Counted from the first letter of the whole stretch, positions 38,931-58,366 are shown. The stretch: 63,866 nucleotides of DNA, filler included, from Octopus bimaculoides (GCF_001194135.2; 8 parts of 8 records of this genome joined end to end with filler, not necessarily neighbours in it); one strand, 5' to 3'. Notes: generated by a model not told the origin, from the sequence alone. Numbers and translations are program-made.

Positions 38931-40236
38931 GTGTATGCATGTATGTATATCTACGTGTGGGTCAGTATTTGGTGCACAAAACCCATCTGTTAAGTCTTCC
39001 GGGAATTTTCTCACATTGCTTTGACCGGCTTCTTCCTCCCATTTAATCTCGGTTGTCACGAAGTACTTTAAGGTTTCTTCTTTCTCAAATGGTGTCCACT
39101 GACCTCGGCCTGTTCTCTCTCTCTCTCTCTCTCTCTTTGTTGTTAAGGAGATTTAGGTGGTACTCGTTTCTCTCATGATGTTGTTGTTTGTCACTCTATC
39201 TGCCGCGAACCCTATCAGCTTTCTTATAAAGAACCACATATTTGCAACATTAATAAGCTTTTACACTTGTTTGTTCATGCTCCAGATTATAGAAGGATGG
39301 GCTCTACGTATGTCACTCTGACTATTTTCTTCAATATTATCGATAACCATTTACTTGGCAACATATGTTTGATCTCTTCAAAAGCAACCTTCCCCTATGC
39401 TATCTTTAACTTCACCTTTTTTTCTTTGATGTTCTCTTATGTAATATAATAATGGTTTCCAAAGATCTAAAACAATTTTGTTTCAAGGTTGTTCCACTAA
39501 TTCTTATGCTTCAAAAGGCTGCTCCTTTTCTAGAGGATAAGGTGTGACTAAAGGTGATTTAGTTTCTATTTCTAGCAAGTCATGCAACTACTTACAAACT
39601 TCCACATGTGTTAATGTTTTTGCTCGTGGTAATAGTGTATCCATAGTTTTTTTTACTCTATTTACTTCTAGCGATAAACAATACCTTCATGTTTTTTTTT
39701 CCTGTTTACCATTTATGGATGTCTTTATCAAAGACATGCTTCTGTTGATATTTTTGTATGTACAAACAAGAAAAAAATTTCCGTCTTTTAGTTTTCTTCC
39801 CTCTTTTTCCATTGCGTTATGGAATACTTGGTATGTTCTGATATTTATATTGTTTTAAATCTTTTGTATTCTTCGTAGAGAATTCTACAAACTTGTCCGA
39901 ATTCGCTAGAGAACTTTCTTATATTACCAAATACATATTTCAGACTTTCTCGTTCTTCAGCAACTAACTTGAGAAGAAATGAACTAAAGAATAAAATAAA
40001 ATATAATACAATAAAAGTAAAAATAAAACTAGAAAATAGAAAAATAGGAAACTAAAAAAAATTATTTACATATTCTGAGATTCTTCCAGGAAGAAAGGAA
40101 AAAAAAAAATTTTTTAATTCTCTTATGTTATTTCTCAGAATTCCTGCAACGATTTTGGTGTTCTCGTTATCCTTGTAAACACATAAACACCCATATATTA
40201 AATATATTATATAACATATACGCCTTATATGATGCC

Positions 40237-40284
<48 letters not shown>

Positions 40285-41464
40285 NNNNNNNNNNNNNNNN
40301 NNNNNNNNNNNNNNNNNNNNNNNNNNNNNNNNNNNNNNNNNNNNNNNNNNNNNNNNNNNNNNNNNNNNNNNNNNNNNNNNNNNNNNNNNNNNNNNNNNNN
40401 NNNNNNNNNNNNNNNNNNNNNNNNNNNNNNNNNNNNNNNNNNNNNNNNNNNNNNNNNNNNNNNNNNNNNNNNNNNNNNNNNNNNNNNNNNNNNNNNNNNN
40501 NNNNNNNNNNNNNNNNNNNNNNNNNNNNNNNNNNNNNNNNNNNNNNNNNNNNNNNNNNNNNNNNNNNNNNNNNNNNNNNNNNNNNNNNNNNNNNNNNNNN
40601 NNNNNNNNNNNNNNNNNNNNNNNNNNNNNNNNNNNNNNNNNNNNNNNNNNNNNNNNNNNNNNNNNNNNNNNNNNNNNNNNNNNNNNNNNNNNNNNNNNNN
40701 NNNNNNNNNNNNNNNNNNNNNNNNNNNNNNNNNNNNNNNNNNNNNNNNNNNNNNNNNNNNNNNNNNNNNNNNNNNNNNNNNNNNNNNNNNNNNNNNNNNN
40801 NNNNNNNNNNNNNNNNNNNNNNNNNNNNNNNNNNNNNNNNNNNNNNNNNNNNNNNNNNNNNNNNNNNNNNNNNNNNNNNNNNNNNNNNNNNNNNNNNNNN
40901 NNNNNNNNNNNNNNNNNNNNNNNNNNNNNNNNNNNNNNNNNNNNNNNNNNNNNNNNNNNNNNNNNNNNNNNNNNNNNNNNNNNNNNNNNNNNNNNNNNNN
41001 NNNNNNNNNNNNNNNNNNNNNNNNNNNNNNNNNNNNNNNNNNNNNNNNNNNNNNNNNNNNNNNNNNNNNNNNNNNNNNNNNNNNNNNNNNNNNNNNNNNN
41101 NNNNNNNNNNNNNNNNNNNNNNNNNNNNNNNNNNNNNNNNNNNNNNNNNNNNNNNNNNNNNNNNNNNNNNNNNNNNATATATACGCACACATGACTGTGA
41201 GCAAGAAGAAGATGGTTAGTCAAAGCTACTATATACAATATCATATAGTTAGTTGGAAGCTGAAACCTCAGAAATCTAGACACCGAGTTCCTCGTTTTCG
41301 ATTTTCAAACGTCTGAATGTAAGAAACAGGAAGACTCGGAGTAGTGATTTATGACATGTTAGCATCCTCAAATTATCCATCTAGCAATCTATGCATGCAT
41401 AAATAAATCCTTACAGAGGCATGCGTGCTACCGCTTACACATGTATACATACACATACATTCAT

Positions 41465-41495
<31 letters not shown>

Positions 41496-41614
41496 ATAAC
41501 TGTTGATTTTCCTTGGGCACGGTCGAGTTTTTTGTGGATAGGTGAAGTAATCATAAGAGATGCTTTACCCTACGTAGAAACCGTAGGAAGTATTCAGGGA
41601 GTTTACTCTTTGCT

Positions 41615-41891
41615 CTTTACTCTTTTACTCTTTTACTTGTTTCAGTCATTTGACTGCGGCCATGCCGGAGCACCACCTTTAGTCGAGCAAATCGACCCAA
41701 GACTTATTCTTTGGAAGCCTAGTACTTATTCTATCGGTCTCTTTTGCCGANNNNNNNNNNNNNNNNNNNNNNNNNNNNNNNNNNNNNNNNNNNNNNNNNN
41801 NNNNNATCTAGCAATCTATGCATGCATAAATAAATCCTTACAGAGGCATGCGTGCTACCGCTTACACATGTATACATACACATACATTCAT

Positions 41892-41924
<33 letters not shown>

Positions 41925-42100
41925 CATATATATATATATACATATACGACGGGCTTCTTTCAATTTCCGTCTACCAAATCCACTCACAAGGCTTTGGTCG
42001 ACCCGTGGCTATAGTAGAAGACACTTGCCCAAGGTGCCACGCAGTGGGAATGAACCCAGAAACATGTGGTTGGCAAGCAAGCTACTTACCACACAGCCAC
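41615..42100 (-). mobile_element. SINE family A, interrupted by a gap
   Basis: Body 41615-41750, head 41945-42100. Confidence 0.75.
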
Positions 42101-42164
42101 TCCTTCGTTTTGCAAGCTTTTCTTCTAAATCCATCGTAACGTTGGAAGTTTTTCCTTCACATCA

Positions 42165-42430
42165 GTAAGTATGTCAGGGTCACAAGCATTTTGCCCCTTA
42201 GCCTGTGCGCTTCACCTGAGCAGGACAACGAAGACCAGACTTGTCTTCGCTTGCAATCTCTTATCAACCACAGCCGCTGGTTTCATCTGCTTTGCCCAAC
42301 CTCTTGGTGGCTTTCTTCAGTTGTTTGGGCATCAAACCAATCTTCTGCAGGAAATAGCGCACCGGCCTTGCTGTAAACCGCGGCAACCGACTTCAGAAGG
42401 GAATGAGGCTGTGTGCCATCCCTTGACAAA
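42165..42430 (-). mobile_element. HERO-like (RLE-type) retrotransposon, 3' remnant
   Basis: KGWHTASFPSEVGCRG followed after a frameshift by ARPVRYFLQKIGLMPKQLKKATKRL, resembling the GW...P.EVGCRGF C-terminal motif. Confidence 0.65.
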
Positions 42431-42764
42431 GTACTGGTATCTGGTATTATTTAGCTGGTGAGAAATGTAGGTGTTTTGTCCTACCGTAGCACTGTAAGTT
42501 CAACGTATGGTACCATCATCAGCCACTTACAGAAAGAGCTTAATAAAGATATTGCTTTATAAAATCGTAAAGCAAAATCGGAATATAATTCCCAATGCAG
42601 AAATATCGAGAAATCAAATACGATATTTCTGAATGAAAGTAATTTATACCGCACAAATATTCAATTTATATTTGTAACATTTCAATTAGCAGCTGTTTTC
42701 TATATTTTTATTAAATTCTTTGATTAATCTATGAAAATAACATTTGCCAACCACAAAAAGTATT

Positions 42765-42988
42765 TTAACCGTTTAGCACTTAAAACGGCCATAGCAGGCC
42801 CAAATATTCTTCCTGTTTATGTTAAATTGTCCAGATTCGGTGTCTCGCTCCTACCTGAGAATGTCATTCTAAAACTAAATAATCAAATCGTCATAAGTTC
42901 GGAGATATAACATGTGCCTGATTAATTCAAAACTATGCAAATAAATAAGCATTACATTTATCAAAATACTCTGAATGCTAAAGGGTAA
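42765..42988. mobile_element. piggyBac-like MITE (TTAA ends, short TIRs)
   Basis: ttaaccgtttagca ... tgctaaagggtaa. Confidence 0.6.
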
Positions 42989-43533
42989 AGTGTTTGATGA
43001 TACTGCCATTTCTGTTATATTTAGCTTTGATTTCAAGCCTTACAGTAAGTATACAATAATTCCTCGCCATATCACGGTTCATCTATCGTGGTTTACTATT
43101 TAAGCTTACGTTGGTTCCTCTGCGGTATTGTTTTGCATTTATAATGAAATAAATATATACAAATTATATAAATAAAAAAAAATTATACTAAAACTACAGT
43201 TTACTAAAGTTATAGTTATAATTTAATGTTATTGCATTACAATTACGTTTTATTCAGCATTGAGTACGTTACTAGAAAGATTTACACCGAAATGTGGTTT
43301 CGTTATATTTCCATGGTACTTAATAGTAACACATGTGCGTTCGTATTTCTGCTTGTGTGTGTGTGTGTGTGCTTGGATGTCAGCTGGTGGATAACAGAAT
43401 ACGTAGAGTGACGGAAATACCCGACAATACTTAATTGCAGCTCATTAGGTTCCATTCAGCTTTGTTTCTCCTCCCTTCGAGTTAGATTAACGGATTACCT
43501 GTAAATTAATATGTTTAAGTATTACATACATAT

Positions 43534-43700
43534 AGGCGCAGGAGTGGCTGTGTGGTAAGTAACTTGCTTATCAACCACATGGTTCCGGGTTCAGTCCTAC
43601 TGCATGGCACCTTGGGTAAGTGTCTTCTTCTATAACCTCGGGCCGACGAAAGCCTTGTTAGTGGATTTGGTAGACGGAAACTGAAAAAATCCCGTGTCCA
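43534..43700 (+). mobile_element. SINE family A, head
   Basis: ggcgcaggagtggctgtgtggtaag...ggttccgggttcagtcc...gacggaaactgaaa. Confidence 0.85.
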
Positions 43701-44664
43701 TTTTTTTTTATCAACTAACTGTCTGGATGTTTTGCGTTCTTGTCCCATTTTTGTATTTTTTAATATATAAAAATATAGCGGCGTACGTAAACTTTGGTCT
43801 CTTATATGTAAGTATATATATATCTAAATTTTGTACGATTCTATTATTCTTTCTGTTCTATCATTCTTTCCTTCTTTCTATCAGCCCTTTCAAACTTACT
43901 ACGTCCATTCCACTCTTCGTTCTTTCGTACCCCTCTCTCACATTTCCTGGCCTTCTCTTCATGCTCACTCTTTCTCCTCTTTCACTTCACCCTGTCCCTT
44001 TCATTTTTTTCTCGGCCCTCCTTAATTCTTCTATTACTGTATCTCTACCTCACTCTCTTCTCTCCCCACGTGATCGGTGTTCGGCTAAGCCTGACCTTTC
44101 TTTCTTGGTTCCACTACCATCCGTACAACATCTATATTCCTCTCTGTGCCTGTGAAATCTTATCCTCCTGCCGTAAGGCTTTACTTCCACACACGCCAGC
44201 TTAATTTAATTCGTTCTTAGTCGAAAGACACCTGTTGTTATGTCCTGTTATTTGCATTTGTATTTGTGTAACATTTCTCCGTTCTTTTCTGTCCTTGTTT
44301 TCGTATACATTCGCTGCTTTCTTCCAAGGAATCTTATGCTCTTAGCTTAGTTTTTCTTTGAGGCTGGCCAGATTGGAGCAATCTCGAGTATAACCAGCCG
44401 AAATTGCAAAGACGATCTGGAACTTGACCGAGGAAAGAAAACTTCGACTGACTAGTCCTTCTTTCCTTTGTATCGTCTGTCTGGATGTTTTGTTGTCCCT
44501 TTTTTGTATCACCTAACTGTNNNNNNNNNNNNNNNNNNNNNNNNNNNNNNNNNNNNNNNNNNNNNNNNNNNNNNNNNNNNNNNNNNNNNNNNNNNNNNNN
44601 NNNNNNNNNNNNNNNNNNNNNNNNNNNNNNNNNNNNNNNNNNNNNNNNNNNNNNNNNNNNNNNN

Positions 44665-44702
<38 letters not shown>

Positions 44703-44703
44703 C

Positions 44704-44740
<37 letters not shown>

Positions 44741-44764
44741 CATGCATGTATGTATGTGTGTATA

Positions 44765-44975
44765 TGTTTGTGTGTCTGTGTTTCCTCCACCATCACTTGT
44801 CAACCGATGCTGGCGTGTTTACGTCCCCGTAACTTAGCGATTCGGCAAAGGAGTCCGATAGAATAAGTACTAGACTTACAAATAATAAGTCCTGGATGTC
44901 GATTTGATCGACAAAAGGCGGTGCTCCAGCATGGCTTCAGTCAAATGACTGAAACAAGTAAAAGAATAAGTGAAT
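44765..44975 (+). mobile_element. SINE family A, body
   Basis: ccccgtaacttagcgattcggc...cagtcaaatgactgaaacaag. Confidence 0.8.
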
Positions 44976-45054
44976 AAAAGAATTTATACATACATGCATA
45001 CGTACATGTTTACACACTTGTTTACACACTTGTTTACACACTTGTTTACACACG

Positions 45055-45123
<69 letters not shown>

Positions 45124-45574
45124 AACTGTAAAGTCATGAGATGTAAGAGATGAATACATATTCATTTAACCAGGTGATTTCCATAGGATTACGGCCATTT
45201 GGCAACCTCCTTCATGCAGTATTAATTTCAGCATGTAATAACTTATGCGTATATGTTTGCATTACTATGTATGTTAAGCATTATAAAATACAATTGTATA
45301 TTCACAAAATAATGCAAATAAAGAAAGCTAGCTCATCAGATCACCGAAACATCATTGTTGCACCAACAATCCAGCTCTAAATATGCACAAAAGTTTCCTC
45401 ATCAGTTATACATTGAACGGAAAGTCAAAATTGGACAAAAAGTTGATTGATTTGGTCAGTGAAAGTAAAGGCATATTGTGTTGCTTCATATTAATTAAGT
45501 TAAAGTAGTTGATAGAATTTAAGGAGTTGACTATCTTTAACATAAACAAATAACAAGAGATTCGTGAGACGCGG

Positions 45575-46380
45575 TTAGTCGATTACATCGACACCAGGTC
45601 TAAACTTGTACTTATTTTATCGACTACGATGTAATGCCAAGTCAACCTTGGTGGAATTCCAACTCAGAAAATAAAGATGGACGAAATGCCTCTAAACATG
45701 GTGGCCGACGGTGCTAAGGTTTCTGCCAGTCGATGTGGTAAGTTGGTTATTTAAAGGATAAAAGGCTAGTCGATGTTCTACCTGTTAATAATTCTTCCAG
45801 CTCTCAATAATAATCCTTTCTACAAGAAGCACAAGGCCTGAAATTTGGGACAAGGGGATAATCGATTACATCGACCCCAGTGTTTCACTGGTACTTAATT
45901 TATCGATCCCGAAAGGTTGAAAGGCAAAGTCTACCTCAGCGGAATTTGAACTTAGAACGTAGTGGCACACGAAATAACGCTATGCATTTCGCCTGGCGTG
46001 CTAACGATTCTGCCAGCTCGCCGCCTTCCAGTTCTCATCAATAGCGACAATATGCATAATTTGGAACAGTAAGGATCGTTTGAAAGATCCTTGACATCTA
46101 AGGAAAATAGTTGTGATCCGGTAACAAAGCTCATTGATTCCAAATGTAAAACATTTGTGCATACCATTACTACTACGAAGACAACGAGCTGGTAGAATCA
46201 TTAGCGCGCCCAGTGAAATGCCTTTGCGGCATTTGGTCCGTCTATACGTTCTGAGTTCAAATTCCGCAGAGGTCGACATTTCGGGGTCAATGAGATAAGT
46301 ATCATTTGAACACTGAGATCGATGTGATTGCCTTACCCTGTCCCCGAAATCACCGGCCATGTGCCAAATTTTGAAACCAT
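45575..46380. mobile_element. Cluster of SINE family C copies in mixed orientation
   Basis: Minus 45575-45740 and 45855-46027; plus 46190-46380. Confidence 0.8.
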
Positions 46381-46960
46381 CATTATTATTGCTACACCCT
46401 GAGTTTAAACCACCAACATCAACTTTGCTATTCAACCATTTAGGGTAGATAAAATAAGTACCAGTCAAGTAATGGGGTGGATGTAATCAACTAACCTCAT
46501 TCCCTAAATTGTCAGGGCTTGGGTTTATGATAGAAACAAAAACTATTATTGTTACTGCATGCTTTTTATCCAAAAATTTCAACTAAAATCTGTGCATCTT
46601 CTGCTGTCTCCCGTACTATGTAATACAATAATCATGAATTTTCTTTGATATAGTGAAACAAGTTGAACTGATTGGCTCTAAAAACCCTTAACTAAGGAAC
46701 GGAATCGAATACGTAATCCAAATAGGTATCAGAGTGAAATAACATTATGAGCTTCTACAAATTTATACATCAAAATATAAATAACATTCATATATCTATA
46801 AAGTGTACTATTTCGACTTAAAATTAGCTTTTCTAAAAGAATCATTATATATATATATATNNNNNNNNNNNNNNNNNNNNNNNNNNNNNNNNNNNNNNNN
46901 NNNNTTAATTAATTAANNNNNNNNNNNNNNNNNNNNNNNNNNNNNNNNNNNNNNNNNNNN

Positions 46961-47014
<54 letters not shown>

Positions 47015-47212
47015 CATATTTTTATATAAACTCTTGGCATTTTATAAATGGACATAACTTGTCTATAGAATTAGAAAGTCTTCCATTATTCTGCTGCATG
47101 CATCATCTACCTATATCATACTTGTAACAACTATATCCATCAATCCATCCATTCACCCATGGTCACTTTCAAACCACCCTTTAACAACACTGCTTCTGTT
47201 TGCTTAACTTAC

Positions 47213-53034
<5,822 letters not shown>

Positions 53035-53067
53035 CTGAAACACAAACAAAACAACCAAAAGTACACT

Positions 53068-53120
<53 letters not shown>

Positions 53121-53289
53121 CATTTAACATCTGCTTTCCATGTTGGCATGGGTGGGACTCATACATATATATATACACACACACACACATATATACATAT
53201 GAGAGAGAGAGAGAGAGAGAAAGAGTTTGAAAGATAAACACAGAGAGACATAAAAAGATTGTTCTAGTTCCGATACATATATATGACAG

Positions 53290-53632
53290 TACTGCCTCAT
53301 TGGCACTCGTGCCGGTAGCATGTGAAAAGCACCATTCGAGCGTGGTCTTTGCCAGTGCTGCCTGAGTGGTTCCTGTGCTTGTGGCACGTAAAAAGCACCA
53401 TCCAAGTGTGGCCGATGCCAGTGCTGTTTGACTGGCCCTCATGCTGGTGGCATGTAAAAAGCAGCCACTACATTCTTGGAGTGGTTGGAATTAGGAAGGG
53501 CATCCAGCTGTAGAAATATCGCCAGATCGGATTGGTGCCTGGTGTAGCCTTCTGGCTTGCCATCCCTCAGTCAAATCATCCACCCATGCCAGCATGGAAG
53601 GCGGACGTTAAACTACAATGATGATGATGATG
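53290..53632 (+). mobile_element. SINE-like repeat, family D
   Basis: ggagtggttggaattaggaagggcatccagctgtag...ccatgccagcatggaaggcggacgttaaa + (GAT)n; partial copies at 51355-51470 (+), 50030-50160 (-) and 53105-53155 (-). Confidence 0.75.
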
Positions 53633-53860
53633 ATATATATACATATATATATATCTATATATATACATATATAGTATATATATATATATATATATATATC
53701 ATATATTTATATACACATATATTGAAGCTCTGGTGATGCTATAAGCACTCACCAATGAATACATTGCATCTTACAGAAAACTCTGTTCTAAGTTAACGAA
53801 CTTTATTTCATAATTTCTTGTTCCTTCATTATTTATTTAATTTCTTATACATATATATGT

Positions 53861-54192
53861 TGCTGTTGACACTCCGTCACTTACGATGTTGAGGGTTCCA
53901 GTTGATCCGATCAACGGAACAGCCTGCTCGTGAAATTAACGTGCAAGTGGCTGAGCACTCCACAGACACGTGTACCCTTAACGTAGCTCTTAGGGATATT
54001 CAGCGTGACACTGTGTGACAAGGCTGACCCTTTGAATTACAGGTACAACAGAAACAAGAAGTAAGAGTGAGAGAAAGTTATGGTGAAAGAGTACAGCAGG
54101 GTTCGCCACCATCCCCTTCTGGAGCCTCATGGAGCTCGAAACCTCGATCCTATGACCGCGAATCCACTGCCCTAAGCACTGGGCCATTGCGC

Positions 54193-54195
<3 letters not shown>
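53861..54195 (-). mobile_element. SINE family B with an internal deletion
   Basis: Collinear with 57972-58366 but lacking the gaaaacacc...cccagacc segment. Confidence 0.8.
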
Positions 54196-54246
<51 letters not shown>

Positions 54247-55090
54247 NNNNNNNNNNNNNNNNNNNNNNNNNNNNNNNNNNNNNNNNNNNNTTAATTAATT
54301 AANNNNNNNNNNNNNNNNNNNNNNNNNNNNNNNNNNNNNNNNNNNNGTGGTTGCTTTGGTCTTCGTCATCGTCGTGCTGCTAGTGTGTATACCAGGTGTG
54401 TAATCAGGATATGTGATGACGTAACTTCACTTCCTGTGACAACAGAAGCAAAAATATTTCGCTAGGAATGTTATCATTCACATATGAATTCTGAAAACTA
54501 ACTTTCTGTGTGGAAGCAGATCTCTCTCCCTCTGTCTTTCTGTCTATCTGTCTGTCTGTCTATCTATCTGTCTGTCTATGTCTGTCTCTGTCTTTCTGTC
54601 TGTCTCTGTCTTTCTGTTTGTCTGTCTCTCTCTCCCTCTCTTCCTCCCTCTCTTCCTCCCTCCCTCCCTCCATGATTCTTTGGCGATTCTGAGACTGATG
54701 GAAGTAAGCAGTTTCGTGCACTCCTGAAACCTGGTTCTAATGTTTGCAACAGAGTGGAATCTGCTGCAGTCACCTCCAAACCAGGAGATAGTGTTGGTGT
54801 TGAACCGGACGACTGTTTAAGTCTGGGACCTAAACACATTGACACTCACACATGCACGAGCATATATGGACTAATATTTATATATACTAATATTTATATG
54901 TACAATGGACGCCAGCATATTTAGTAGTCTTCTCTGAAGAGACATGGTCGCAATATCTGGCCATGTTCTGAGAATATAATAAATGTCGAGTATCTTTATT
55001 TTTTTAGTTCTTTCTGGGTGGAGATTATGGGGACCACCTAACCAAAATCTATCGATATCTTTATTTATCTATCTACCCATTCGTCCTCTG

Positions 55091-55132
<42 letters not shown>

Positions 55133-55300
55133 NNNNNNNNNNCTATCTATCTGTCTCTCTCTCTACCTCTACCTCTCTGTTCACACACACACAAACACTC
55201 ACACCCATAGTTAAAAATTATACAAGAAACAAAAGAGAGACAGGTGAAGGAACAACAAACAGGAAGTATTAGTTTGACGCTCAGGAAAAACGGAAGAATT

Positions 55301-55336
55301 CTTTGACGTTTCGAGCCTATGCTTTTCAACAGAAAG
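55301..55336 (-). ncRNA. Minimal hammerhead-like motif in a probable solo Penelope pLTR (about 55200-55350)
   Basis: CTTT-CTGTTGA-AAAGC/ATAG/GCTC-GAA-ACGT-C-AAAG; palindromic stem III and GUC triplet; core A6 is U. Confidence 0.55.
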
Positions 55337-56109
55337 GAATGAGAAAAGAAAACAGATGGATTTGAGTGTGAGGCAAATGAAAGAAAGAGAACTCAGCACA
55401 ATTGATAGGAATTACATTCGTTATTTGATAACAGCTTGATTCAGCTCCATGCAACTTAGTTTCGTAGGCTCATAAAAGTAATCTAACACGTCAAGCAGAC
55501 ACTCGTAAACGTCTATGAATTTGCTGTTTTTGTGCTTTTCTATGTGCTATGTACTCAGGAGCAGACATATCCACCCACTTCTCTCTCAAAGACTTGCATC
55601 CAACATTTGAGAGGTATTTTATATTGATTATCTTCAAAGGATAAAAGACAAAGATAACTTTAGTAGCATTTGAATTCATAACATAAATGAAACAATGCGA
55701 GTCATTTTGCCATATATATATGGGCAACAGATGGGACGTTATACGTGATCGTTGTTATACTCACTCTTACATACGACTCTGAAATACTCAATGTTAAAAA
55801 TTACGCTGGGATGTCAATGTACTGTAGTAAGCCATCCATTATCTTCCTCAAGTAAACAAGATTACTCGACAGGAGCTTCGTTCGGCTGTTCAAGTCATGC
55901 AAATGTGGGACCTCCAGTTGCTGAAACAGTTGCTTTAAATGCAGTAGGACGAAGGTAAGTGGACACAGAGACGACAAAGGAAGCTGGTCAAGGACGTACA
56001 AAAAAGAAATTTGAATCAATATTTCAATGATATCAATGAGTATAGAAAGTAACCCGAAGATGCCGACTCAGTGCATTTGGTTTCATAGTCTGCAACAGGA
56101 CTTGATCTT

Positions 56110-56505
56110 TCTCCCTTTATCTGCTCCAGTCACTGGACTGCTTCCATGGTGGAGCACCGCATGAGAGGGTTAAGTCAAGTAACTAAACCCCAGTACGTAG
56201 GTTTTAAGTCTAGTACATGCAATGTCGGTCTCTTAGGCCGAATCACTAACTTACGGACGTAAACACACCAACACCGGTCGTAAAACATTTGTGGGGGAAA
56301 ACACAGCACAAACAAAGCCACACACACACGTATATGCATATATAGACGGTAGTCTTCTTTCAGTTTCCATTTACCAAATCTTATCACTAGGCTTTGGTCG
56401 GCCCGGAGCTATAGTAGAAGGCACTTGCCCAAGGCGCTGCTCAGTGGAACTGAGTCCAAGACCACATGGCTAGGAAAAAAGCTTCTTACCCACACAGCTA
56501 TGAAT
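56110..56505 (-). mobile_element. SINE family A
   Basis: Reverse-complement body and head. Confidence 0.75.
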
Positions 56506-57224
56506 TCCATTGGACAGCATATTTATATGCATATCTACAGAAGTTAAATCTGGAAGACAATCAACCTCGACTCTAGAGGATTGCAGAGCATGTCCCGTCT
56601 ACTAGGTCTATCTCACATCTTACTCTACCAGCCAACCTGCCATTATCTACGCGTCTATCAGGGGTAACCAATAAGTTCCCCTCAACTAACCATCCATTTA
56701 TCTACGCATCTATCAATTCCACCCTACATATACACATGCCATCCAGCCATCTAACTCTCCATTTTTTAAACTGCTGTCAGACTAACTACATCAGTACACA
56801 TACCACTTCACCATCCAGTACCTATCTCCACATCTATCAAACCGTACCATCCATTACTTCCATCTATCTATTCCACTGTCGTCTGTTTCAATCAATATTT
56901 CTGAAATATTTCCTTTTACTTACCGACATCTACACAGGATATTCTTTCTGATTTATATTTTGCTTTTGCGTATTACGTATGTCGTATTTTTTTTCCTCTG
57001 TGTAAGCTGGGGTGTATGTGTATATATATATATAAGATCGGANNNNNNNNNNNNNNNNNNNNNNNNNNNNNNNNNNNNNNNNNNNNNNNNNNNNNNNNNN
57101 NNNNNNNNNNNNNNNNNNNNNNNNNNNNNNNNNNNNNNNNNNNNNNNNNNNNNNNNNNNNNNNNNNNNNNNNNNTTCTACTTCATGAACACCACTGCTGG
57201 ATACTTTTAAAAATAAGAAGAATA

Positions 57225-57299
<75 letters not shown>

Positions 57300-57478
57300 T
57301 AGAACAACAAGAGTAAAATCATAATTCATAATTTTATTCGATAAAATACAGGTCGATAAAATAAGTATCACACTGAAATAAATCTGATAGACTAAAACCC
57401 TTGAAGGTGGTGCCCCCTACACAACCACAATTCAATGACTGAAGCCTGTAAAAGGATAACAAAAAATGCATATGTGTG

Positions 57479-57551
<73 letters not shown>

Positions 57552-57971
57552 AATGTTATATTATATTTTATATTGTATATATTATATATATCATATGTGA
57601 GAGTGCTTTCGTTTAAGAGTTCATTCATTGAATTTGTGGCCATGATGCAACATAACCCCAGGAGATTCTTGTCGTTTGCATTGAGCCCTATATGTATTTT
57701 GTCTGGAGTTTTATCCATCTTCATTTGCCCATCACTCTGTTACGAAATTTAAAGGGACACAATATAAATAACACCGACTGCATACCGTCAAATCATAAAA
57801 AAATAACACTCATACACACACGTACTAATATATGTAGGACATGCCTTAAGTCCTGAACCCCTGATAATTATAAAAAGAGTGTCGTTATGCAACACGGTCT
57901 GTATCTGGCATTTTTGAAACCTAATCAGGAATAGCTCACTCACTGCAGTTCTGATCACTGCTGATTTCTAA

Positions 57972-58366
57972 TGTTGTTGTTGTTGTTGGCACTGCGTCGC
58001 TTACGACGTCGAGGGTTCCAGTTGATCTGATCAACGGAACAGCCTGCTCGTGAAATTAACGTGCAAATGGCTGGGCACTCCACAGACACGTGTACCCTTA
58101 ATGTAGTTCTCGGGGATATTCAGCGTGACACAGTGTGACAATGCTGGCCCTTTGAATTACAGGCACAACAGAAACAGGAAGTAAGAATGACAGAAAGTTG
58201 TGGTGAAAGAGTACAGCAGGGTTCGCCACCACATCCCTTGCCGGAGCCTCGTGTAGCATTTAGGTGTTTTCGCTCAATAAACACTCACAACGCCCGGTCT
58301 GGGAATCGAAACCGCGATCCTATGACCGCGAGTCCGCTGCCCTAACCACTGGGCCATTGCGCCTCC
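57972..58366 (-). mobile_element. tRNA-derived SINE, family B, full length with (AAC)n tail
   Basis: Minus head ggaggcgcaatggcccagtggttaggg...ggtttcgattccc (A and B boxes); ends in gccaacaacaacaac. Confidence 0.85.

Noticed and set aside
41379-41935. Identical duplication of about 115 bp (41379-41495 and 41806-41930)
   Set aside because: The second copy starts exactly at a gap edge; most likely an overlapping contig or haplotype artefact.
44350-44415. GGCTGG...CCAGCC-GAAA stem resembling hammerhead stem II
   Set aside because: The upstream core reads CTTTGA, and stem III and the cleavage triplet do not form properly.
58290-58366. tRNA-like sequences (also at 33560-33632, 43534-43610 and others)
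   Set aside because: They have A and B boxes but continue into repeated bodies and lack a full cloverleaf; these are SINE heads, not tRNA genes.
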